Origin: Chlamydiota bacterium
GTDB taxonomy: Bacteria > Chlamydiota > Chlamydiia > Chlamydiales > JACKPQ01
Length of the DNA stretch: 64,000 bases
Direction of reading: 5' to 3'
Assembly: GCA_021772435.1 (NCBI GenBank)
Contig: JAJFLZ010000048.1
Coordinates: forward strand, 15,449 to 79,448
A program made the translations under genes and the position numbers. Of this stretch, positions 54,975 through 63,200 are shown in pieces; the stretch's first letter is position 1, and each line of letters opens with the position of its first letter. The notes under the pieces are model-generated. The model made no database searches. It saw only the letters and a program-made list of their open reading frames with translations, and had not been told where the DNA came from.

Positions 54975-55141
54975 TACCCCGGAGTGTTACCCAATGTCAA
55001 TTGAGGGAATTTTCGATTTTTTTTCAGGTTCACGGGGGCAAAATGACCACATACTTGTCTAAAGTAGGGGTCATTTTGCCCCCCTGGACCTGGAGAAAAA
55101 GAAAAATTCAAAGAATTGTCAGTCGGTAACACTCCGGGGTA
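54975..55141. mobile_element. MITE-like palindromic element (TACCCCGGAGTG termini) with nested inverted repeats
   Basis: The termini are TACCCCGGAGTGTTAC and GTAACACTCCGGGGTA. The inner perfect pair is GGGGGCAAAATGACC/GGTCATTTTGCCCCC. The right end supplies the last codons and the stop of the ATP-grasp gene. Confidence 0.75.
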
Positions 55142-56288
55142 ATATTTCCTCGTATTGACCGTTCCAATCGGTATCAAAGGTGAACATAGCGGGGAGAGAA
55201 GTGCGGAGACGGAGACTTTTTACAACATAGAAAAAGAAAAGAATCGGCTGATAAAAAAAAGGGGCAAGGTCTTCTTTAGAGAAGACGATATCCTTCAAAG
55301 TAAAAAACTTTTTCATAAAAGTAAGCCATCTTCGGGTCTTCCATCCATAAAGGAGCATTCCCCAAGCAATTTGTTTTGAGTAACCCAGCGTTGGTGTGAT
55401 GCAAGGGCTTGTGGGGTCTAAGAAGGCATGGGAAATGTGGTTGCTTTTTTGGAAGAGGTGGAGGCCGCTAGTGCCTCGTGGGTTACACTCAATGGCGTAG
55501 AGGCTGCCATCGGGCTGCTCGATAAAATCAAAGGCAAATTGTCCGGTAAGCTCTGCCTTTTTCACAAAACTTTGGACCCACTCTTCGATTTTTGGGTGAG
55601 CAATCGCTTCAAAATTAAGACAGGAGTTTCCATCGATCGAAAAATCAACGGGATAGACGGTATGCGCCGTCAGTTTTCCCTCATGCGCTACGCTATAGGA
55701 GCAATATTTTTTTCCGTGCAAAAACTCTTGAGCAACCAAAGGGTTATGAGGGTCAACTATGACTTGCGGGGGGACTTTTGAGGTCACCTTTTGGATTTTA
55801 AGAGCGGCCCTAGAGTAGCTCGGCTTGAGAATGTAGGGGATATCGAGAGAAAGAGCGTCGAGCTCTTCTTGAGAGTGAACGAGGTAAGATTTAGGAGCAG
55901 GGAAGCCGAGTTCCTCTAACTTCTTGTTAAAGAGCCATTTATTATGAAGAGTATTGAGTGTCTCATAGGAAGAGGTGAAAACAGTGCACGATTTGGGGAA
56001 ACGGTCTAAGTGGTTCGATAGGCAGAAGATTTCCTCCCACATTGGGATGAGCATATCGATCTTTTCACTTTCGCAGATTTGAGCAAGCTCAGAGATAAAT
56101 CCTTCAGGTTCAAAGCGAGGGCTAGGGACAACGAAGCTTTTTTCGACCGCATTAGAAAAACGGCAGACGTGGTGGAGGCTCGTTTCTGCTACAAAGATTT
56201 GGTGTCCTTCTTCATGGAAACGTCTTGCAAGATCTAAAGTGAATAGGGAGCGCGCCCCCGTGAGTAGTATCTTCTTACTCCTGCCCAT
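55119..56288 (-). CDS. ATP-grasp domain protein
   Basis: 389 aa with an N-terminal Rossmann-like KILLTGARS, then an ATP-grasp-like core (YILKPSYSRAA, ECNPR). Confidence 0.65.
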   Translation of the reverse strand: MGRSKKILLTGARSLFTLDLARRFHEEGHQIFVAETSLHHVCRFSNAVEKSFVVPSPRFEPEGFISELAQICESEKIDMLIPMWEEIFCLSNHLDRFPKSCTVFTSSYETLNTLHNKWLFNKKLEELGFPAPKSYLVHSQEELDALSLDIPYILKPSYSRAALKIQKVTSKVPPQVIVDPHNPLVAQEFLHGKKYCSYSVAHEGKLTAHTVYPVDFSIDGNSCLNFEAIAHPKIEEWVQSFVKKAELTGQFAFDFIEQPDGSLYAIECNPRGTSGLHLFQKSNHISHAFLDPTSPCITPTLGYSKQIAWGMLLYGWKTRRWLTFMKKFFTLKDIVFSKEDLAPFFYQPILFFFYVVKSLRLRTSLPAMFTFDTDWNGQYEEILPRSVTD

Positions 56289-56330
56289 AGCTTGACTATA
56301 CCGATTAGAGAATTATTGATAACCCCTAAT

Positions 56331-56861
56331 TCAATCGAGGTTGCTAACCTCTTGGATAGGAGGGGAGCGAGGGGAGCTTTCGGAGAAGGTAATGGTATTT
56401 GGAGCGACCCGATAGCCGACAAAAGTTGGGGGCATCGACGCCTCTTTAGGCGAGCTTTTTTCGGAAAGGAAGAGCCGTTTTTTATAGAGGGGGAGCGCTT
56501 CCCACCTTTTTTCTTTTTCAGTCATGGAGATTTGGTGGACCGTCCCCTCAATGGAGATGGTGCGGTGGGTGCGAGGAAGGTAGAGGTGGAGGGCTACAAA
56601 GGGACTATGGGAGAGGTCTCGCTTAGTAAAAAAGAGGGGTCCTTCTTTTTTACCAAGGTGGGCAATTTCGATCCCCTCGGTGTGGGGGCGTCCCTGAGGG
56701 GTGATGGTTGCAAGGGTTGCCCTTTTAACGAATGGTCCTTCTGTCCACTCTTTTTCCTTTTGGCACCACTGGTTGATTTTGGTCATTGGGTGGAGCTCTT
56801 TTCCAAACAAAGCGCATGAGATTAAGAGAAAAAAGAGAACTTTCATACCAGCCATTTTCAA
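56331..56861 (-). CDS. pyridoxamine 5'-phosphate oxidase-family protein with signal peptide
   Basis: PRTHRTISIEGTVHQISMTEKEKRWEALP and PPTFVGYRVAPNTITF resemble the PdxH core (RQVRIEG.V..V; P..W.GYRV.P..IEF). I preferred it over the overlapping plus-strand ORF 56292..56819. Confidence 0.5.
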   Translation of the reverse strand: MKMAGMKVLFFLLISCALFGKELHPMTKINQWCQKEKEWTEGPFVKRATLATITPQGRPHTEGIEIAHLGKKEGPLFFTKRDLSHSPFVALHLYLPRTHRTISIEGTVHQISMTEKEKRWEALPLYKKRLFLSEKSSPKEASMPPTFVGYRVAPNTITFSESSPRSPPIQEVSNLD

Positions 56862-56902
56862 TTATGTTCCCTTTTTTTTCAACAAATGTTTTAATAGTTT
56901 TT

Positions 56903-57592
56903 ATGGTGAAATACATCGAGTACCAACACAATGGGACCACCCTTGAAGCAGCTCTTATAGGAAAAGGGCCGGCCATCTTTATTTTCCATGCTTGGCGGGG
57001 GCGAGATGACTTTGTTTTAGAAAAGGCAAAGTGGCTTGCGACCCTTGGTTATACTGGCATAGCCCTTGACATGTATGGGAAAGGAGTTCTTGGTCACTCC
57101 GTCGAAGAAAATGGGAAGTTGATGGAGCCCTTTGTTAAGGATCGGAGTTTTTTATTGAGCCGGATGGAGACAGCGGTCGCCGAATTGCAAAAACATCCAG
57201 CGGTTGATGCATCGCGGATGGGGGCGATGGGGTTTTGTTTTGGAGGGCTATGCGCCCTAGACCTCGCTCGCAGCGGCGCTAATTTGCAAGGGGTGGTCAG
57301 TGTTCATGGGCTTCTTAATCCCCCTGACTATCCTTCGAAGCCAAAAGCAAAAATCCTTGCTCTTCATGGTCATGATGATCCGATGGTGCCCCCTGATCAG
57401 GTTCTTGCTTTTGAAAAAGAGATGAGCGAAGCAGGGGCGGACTGGCAGCTTCATGTTTATGGAAACACGATGCACGCCTTTACAGTACCGACCGCCAACG
57501 ATCCCAAGTTAGGAACGGTTTATAATCCTGATGCGGAAAGGGATGCGCTTCGGACCATCGAGCTCTTTTTCAAAGACATTTACCAGTTATAG
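56903..57592 (+). CDS. dienelactone hydrolase-family protein
   Basis: From the ATG at 56903: IFIFHAWRGRDDF, then the nucleophile region GAMGFCFGG and LHGHDDPMVP. Confidence 0.75.
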   Translation: MVKYIEYQHNGTTLEAALIGKGPAIFIFHAWRGRDDFVLEKAKWLATLGYTGIALDMYGKGVLGHSVEENGKLMEPFVKDRSFLLSRMETAVAELQKHPAVDASRMGAMGFCFGGLCALDLARSGANLQGVVSVHGLLNPPDYPSKPKAKILALHGHDDPMVPPDQVLAFEKEMSEAGADWQLHVYGNTMHAFTVPTANDPKLGTVYNPDAERDALRTIELFFKDIYQL

Positions 57593-58620
57593 TACATCGA
57601 TAGGACTCCTGAGATGAAATCGCTTGAGTTTCTACCCGTAACGGTGAACCAAACGCCAGCGAGGAAGCCCATCCGATCGGAGGGGTTATATTCGATAGCG
57701 GGGGCGCAGCTTAGCTGATCGTTGGAGGGGAGGCCGACCGAGGCGGTTTGTCCATTTGCCGTTCTTCCCTTGTGTCCTGCGAAGGTGCTATGGTTTTGGT
57801 AGGTATAGGCAAGGTCGATAGCCAGGACCCATTTTTGGGTGAAGCTCAGTTCGATCGAGGTGTCGATCTGGATGAGGTTTCCGGGGCGGACGGTGCCGCG
57901 CGTTCTGAAGCCCCCGCCGTAGGCGTTAAAACCTTGGACCTGAACGGTGGTAGGGATGCCATAGTTCATTGAGAGGCGCCAAGCGAAGGGGTGGGTGGTG
58001 ACCCACCAGAAGACCTTTGAGACGTTGAGGGAGAAGTTAGTGAGGTAGGTTCCCTCTCCGGTGGCATCGATTCCATTTTTGCGAGGGTTGAGTTTTTCGT
58101 AGCGCCCTGTGGGGACCGTTTCGGTCAGGGTCATGCGGACAGCAGGTTTGTAGGGGGTTTCTTCCATGAGTTGAAAGCCCCATTCGAACTCGGTATCTCC
58201 CCAGTAGAAAGTGTCTTGTCCTGACTGGTTATTATAAACTCCCTGAACGGTGACCGTGAAGTCGAGCCAGGAGAGCCAACCCATTTGGAAAAGGACGAGG
58301 GGGTTGACCGTCCAGATGTCGGAGATGTTGACTGATCGGCGATTTTCGTTAAAGAGGGCGAAGGTGTTGGTGACGAACAGGTAGGGTTGGACGACGAACT
58401 CTCCCTTTGGGACGTTGTGGGCGGAAGGGGTGAGGAGGGGGCCGGCGTACCACGGGTTGAACATTTTTCGAGCGATATCAAAATCGGTTTGCGCCTGTGC
58501 TAAGTCCTGGTCGACCTTTCCGATGGGGGGAGGAGTTTTTGGAATTTGTTGTGGCTGACCCTTTTCGAGTGCAGCCAAGCAACTACAAGCCAAAAGAAAT
58601 ACAAAAAGTGTTTTTCGCAT
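57580..58620 (-). CDS. outer-membrane beta-barrel protein (porin-like)
   Basis: Signal peptide MRKTLFVFLLACSCLAALE, alternating beta-strand pattern, Gly/aromatic-rich, ending in a C-terminal aromatic (YYNW). Confidence 0.65.
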   Translation of the reverse strand: MRKTLFVFLLACSCLAALEKGQPQQIPKTPPPIGKVDQDLAQAQTDFDIARKMFNPWYAGPLLTPSAHNVPKGEFVVQPYLFVTNTFALFNENRRSVNISDIWTVNPLVLFQMGWLSWLDFTVTVQGVYNNQSGQDTFYWGDTEFEWGFQLMEETPYKPAVRMTLTETVPTGRYEKLNPRKNGIDATGEGTYLTNFSLNVSKVFWWVTTHPFAWRLSMNYGIPTTVQVQGFNAYGGGFRTRGTVRPGNLIQIDTSIELSFTQKWVLAIDLAYTYQNHSTFAGHKGRTANGQTASVGLPSNDQLSCAPAIEYNPSDRMGFLAGVWFTVTGRNSSDFISGVLSMYYNW

Positions 58621-58636
58621 ACCAGTTCCTATTTTT

Positions 58637-58801
58637 GTAAGCGCTCGCGAGGCTTAATCCCCTGTAAAACAGGATCTAGCACATGATCTTTTGAGCCAGC
58701 CTCCTCCCCTATAGCGCCTGCGGCTATTGGGTTGTCGGATGGCTTAAAATCTAACGCACTAGTTCCTGTTTTCTTAGGGAATGCGTCCCGAGAGCGCGTA
58801 C
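58637..58801 (-). promoter_or_regulatory. candidate structured 5' leader / ncRNA upstream of the barrel gene
   Basis: GTAAGCGCTCGCGAGG (58637-58652) is imperfectly complementary to CCCGAGAGCGCGTAC (58787-58801). These arms enclose ~134 nt containing local stems (CCTGT-AAA-ACAGG, GGGA-ATGCG-TCCC). The region is GC-richer than typical intergenic DNA here. Confidence 0.4.
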
Positions 58802-58857
58802 TATTAGACTAAAAAGCATCATACAGAGTAAAGAAAAAAATAGGAAGGAGAAAATAG

Positions 58858-59187
58858 ATGAGCGTTGAAGGAGTGCAAGGGGGAGGGAACTATTCGAAAG
58901 AAGAGATTGAGCGGTATCAAGATGATTACAAGAAGGGGCTTGATCTTTTTCACAAATCTTTTGAAGAGTATACCAAGCCCGATGTCGAGTTTCACAAAAA
59001 AGCGCAATTGAAAAAGGTGATGGACGAGGCGTTGGGGGTGATGAATGAGAGCGCTTCTGTAGCGCTTAAAGAGGGGAAGATAAAAGATGAAGAGAAGTTG
59101 AACACAGACTATGCTTCTTTTATCAAAGATCCCACTTCCGAGAACCAGCAAAAAGTCTTAGGCGACATTCAGACCCTGTCTGAGTAG
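58858..59187 (+). CDS. hypothetical helical protein
   Basis: 109 aa with a strong AGGAAGGAG before the ATG. No motif recognised. Confidence 0.55.
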   Translation: MSVEGVQGGGNYSKEEIERYQDDYKKGLDLFHKSFEEYTKPDVEFHKKAQLKKVMDEALGVMNESASVALKEGKIKDEEKLNTDYASFIKDPTSENQQKVLGDIQTLSE

Positions 59188-59224
59188 GGTTTGTAGATGT
59201 ATCTTCGATTTTTGAGGGGGGGCT

Positions 59225-60013
59225 TTATAATTTTGCTCGTTGTTTTTCCACAGACGTAAAGCTGATGATTTCGACCTCCCGCTTTTTCCCACCATCTCCG
59301 ATACTAGCCCAGAAGACCGATTCCCAAAACTTCTTGCTTAAACGGAGCCTTTTTAAGCCTTCAATGACGAATGCATGGGTTTTTTTTCCACATGTAATCG
59401 TTAAAGTGTCTTGGTCTGAGTCTAAATCCAGTCGTATTACTTGATTAGAAACATCTCCAAAGCTGACAGGTTCCTTAATAAAGGCGATGTTGTCTTGAGT
59501 GAGTGCAGGTTTAGCTCTGCCCCCGAAAACACTCCCATCCCCACAATGAATTCCGGCTATATGACAAGTTGAACCACTAAAGTAGGTTTCTGCAGAAGTG
59601 AAAAAGCGGGGAATATGGTGACCAAAATCCGATTTAAAATTCTGAACAAGTGGCCCAAAGTAAACTCCAAGCCGAAGATTACGTGTGTCACTTGGAACCT
59701 GCACTTTCCAACAATAGCGCCCACTATTACGTTGAACAATTTTTCGGCCAAAAGCGACGTGGCAAGGGTACCAAGATGGTGCGATATGCTTAACCTTTCT
59801 CGGGTTTTGCTGGTTAATGACGAGATATTTTTGTTTGCGATCGGTTGAAAAAGTAAACTGTTCAGGATTATTGGCTAAAGTCGGAGCCTTTGACAGTCTA
59901 TAATGAGTAATAATTGCGTTCAATCTAATGGCCAAACAGTGTTTTTTTTCAACTGGATGAAAGGATTGTTTATCATTAGTAGTGTGTAGAAAAATAGTTG
60001 CTTCATTAACCAC
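59225..60013 (-). CDS. SPRY/B30.2-like domain protein (eukaryote-like)
   Basis: GRYCWKVQV...LRLGVYF...GIHCGDGSVFG...VIRLDLDSDQDTLTITCG follows the SPRY pattern (G.hYWEV.v...+iGv......lD.d.g.L.f). Confidence 0.6.
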   Translation of the reverse strand: MVNEATIFLHTTNDKQSFHPVEKKHCLAIRLNAIITHYRLSKAPTLANNPEQFTFSTDRKQKYLVINQQNPRKVKHIAPSWYPCHVAFGRKIVQRNSGRYCWKVQVPSDTRNLRLGVYFGPLVQNFKSDFGHHIPRFFTSAETYFSGSTCHIAGIHCGDGSVFGGRAKPALTQDNIAFIKEPVSFGDVSNQVIRLDLDSDQDTLTITCGKKTHAFVIEGLKRLRLSKKFWESVFWASIGDGGKKREVEIISFTSVEKQRAKL

Positions 60014-60245
60014 GATGTTCTCCTGCGAGTAAAACGTTCTTTGAAATTACAAACAATCTTAACAAAAAATTTATTTCTGTCTTGCATAAAATTTGTACTT
60101 CATAGAGGTAATGGGGTTGAGTTTTTTGCATGGAACTAGCGGTGAGGTAGCTCTAAGCCTTCTTTTCTGCAAACTTTTAAGTAAAAAAATCTTTGCAAAA
60201 AAATATTTACCTTGATACATTTTTTTTGATTTTGAGGAGGTTGTT

Positions 60246-63200
60246 ATGCGCAAGCTGTTACTCTTTTTGCTTCCCTTCTTTCTTTTTGCACAACAAGAAA
60301 ACCCTTATGAAACGGCTGTTTTTGGTGGTGAACCGAGCTCTATTGTTGCGGGGTGTGTCAGTGCTATTACCGGGGAATTTTTTGTTAATGCCGAAGATTT
60401 AGTCGTTAGAGGGTATGAGCCAATACGGGTGCAGCGGCGCTATTACTCTAGGAGTGGAAGGGGAAGCTTTGCAGGATGGAGTTATAGCTTTAACCATCTA
60501 TATGCCTATTCCACCCTAGGGAACTGGATACAGGCCCGAGAAAAAAGTGGGGTACAGGTCACCTACTATAGGGATGCGGGATCCCACTATAAGCCGATCC
60601 AAAACATCGGAGGGCTGAGTAACTGTTCGATGGGGGAGTTAAGCGCTCGTCTCAATATCTACAATAATAGAGCCGTCCTCAGCAAAAGTAAAAAGGAGAT
60701 CACCGTTCAGGGCGCTGATGGATCAACAAGGCGGTACGTAACCCAAGTTGCTGTCGATAAAATCAAGGGAATGTATCCTGGATCCATTCCATATGAGTTA
60801 GTTTATGAGTCCCTTCCTAATGGGAACCAGATTTATTATCAGTGGATGGACCTTCATGAGAAGCGAGAACTCCAAACGGTAAAAACAGTTTCGCCGAAAG
60901 GAAAGGTATTTGCACAAGTTAATTTTTCCTATGATCAACCCGACAAAAAACATCTTTTTTCAACGACCGTTACCACCAGTGATCAGAGAGAAGTATGTTA
61001 TCAATTCGATCCTCATTTCAAGCACAAGAAGAAGCGGCAACATCTCTTAAAAAGCGTTACATTTTCAGATCGACCACAAGAGCGCTATGACTACTGGGCA
61101 GCTGAGAGGGCAGGAGTGCTTCTTTCTTGGAAAAGACTTCCCCGTGATCGCAATCTAAATATTCACCACTACTGTTTGGGGGAAAATAAAGGGTTTAACA
61201 TCAATGTCAAAGTAGATGATTTTCAATATAAGAAAACCAAAATACTCAATCATCCCGTGGGGGAAGATGCCACTCCCGTTCCCTCGCATCGTTTTTTCTA
61301 TACTCCTGGCAAGTACAAGGAAAAGGGAGGGCATACCGATGTTTATGATGCCTATAAAAACCTGACACGTTACCGTTATGACAAAAATTTTCGTCTCACG
61401 CGGATCGAACATTGCATAGGGAAAACTGAAGTTTTTTCTCAGGAGCTTTACGAGTGGGATGATCGAGGGTGGCTCCATAAAAAAACCCTTTTAGGAAGAG
61501 ATCGCCAGCCGGTCTTTAAATATGTTTATCATTACGACCAAAAAGGAAATGTTTTTCAGACCGATCAGACCGGCAATTTTACCGGAAGAGGAGGTGAAGA
61601 GACCTTTTCGATTGAGCGGACCTTTTATCCCAACCTGCTGCTAGAGACCGAAACCCTTCCCAACGGTATAATCATTACTTACCACTACCTTACTGACACC
61701 GATCTTCTTACCCTAAAAAAAACAGCCTATCCCGACCAGACCTATCTTAGAGAAATCTACGAATATCAAGATGGCATTCGAACCAAGGAGTTTATCGATG
61801 ATGGATCAAGTGATGATCCCCAAGACCTTACCGAAGTAACCCAAAGGCTTTTCAAGACCATCATTCCAAAAGAGGGGACTTTCTATGGATTTCCAGAGCA
61901 AATTATCGAAGGGTTTTACGATCTAAGCGCTCACCAAGAAGTCCATCTAAAAACGCAAAAGTTAGCTTACTATCCCAATGGGCTTATTAAATCCATTCGC
62001 GTCTTTGATAGTAAGGACAAAGAAAGATATACCCTAAGCTATACCTATGACAAGCGCGGCCGTCTCAAGACCCAAACCGACCCCCTGGGTCGAGAGCGAG
62101 CGATTGAATACGATGCCAACGACAACCCCATTATCGACAACGATCCCAACGAAAATTTTTCCACCAAAACCTCTTTCGACCATTCGAACCGTCCCTACAA
62201 AGCCGAGCAAATTCATCCTTCTGCCACCCAAGCCATGACCTGTCGCTACAACCGTTTGAGTCAAAAAATCTCCACCACAGATAACCAAGGAAACACCACC
62301 CATATTACCTACGATCCCTTTGGCCATCCAACCGAGACCCGCCTGCCCGCCGTCCAAGGAAAGCACCCCACCATCAAAAACACCTACGATGCGCTTGGAA
62401 AGCCACTAACCCACACCGATCCCCGAGGTCACACCACCCACACCGCCTACACCTGCCGAGGGAAGCCCTATCACATTATCCATCCCAACAGAGACGAAGA
62501 GCATTATGAATATACCCTAGAAGGACATCTTGAAAAGCACACCAGTCCTGGTGGGACCGAAACCCACTACACTCATGATGCCCAAGGGCGGATCACCTCA
62601 AAAACCACCACCAAAAACGGCGAAGAGCTATCCAAAGAAAGCTACAACTACAATACCTTCCATCTCACCAGATATACCGCTTCCGATGGTGTAAAGACCC
62701 GCTATACCTACAACGGGGCTGGCCAAAAAATCCAAGAGCAAACCAAAGACCGGATCACCACCTATGCCTACGACCCCCTTGGCCGGCTTGAAAAGACCGT
62801 TCGAGGTCCCCAAGTGCATATCCAAAAGTACGATCTTTTGGACCGAGTCGTCCTTGAAGAAGAGCGCGATCTAGAAGAGAATCTCTACGGTTACACCATC
62901 TACACCTACGACGACTTTAGCAATCAAAAGACCCTGACCAAAGAGGTCCATATCGGAAAAGCCACCGAAATTTTTGAGTACGATCCCTTTAGGAGGCAGA
63001 TTCTCCACACCGATCCTCTTGGCCATACAACCAAAACAACCTACGACGATCACCACCAGGACACCCATGGACAAACCGTCATCAAGAAGGCCACCTACGA
63101 TCCCCTTGGGCATAAAACCGTTGAAATCCACGATCCTCTGGGCCGTCTTGCTACCCTCGAGAAGTACTCTAACAAAGAAGAGCTTCTCCTTCGAGAGGTC

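Noticed and set aside
58770-58801. Plus-strand TTAGGGAATGCGTCCCGAGAG resembling the guanidine-I (ykkC) riboswitch 5' half (CUAGGGUUCCG...GGUCCGAGAG).
   Set aside because: The spacing between the two boxes is too short. The conserved 3' half (ACGG...GGGA...CCCGGGAG) is absent before the downstream gene at 58858. The resemblance is probably coincidental.
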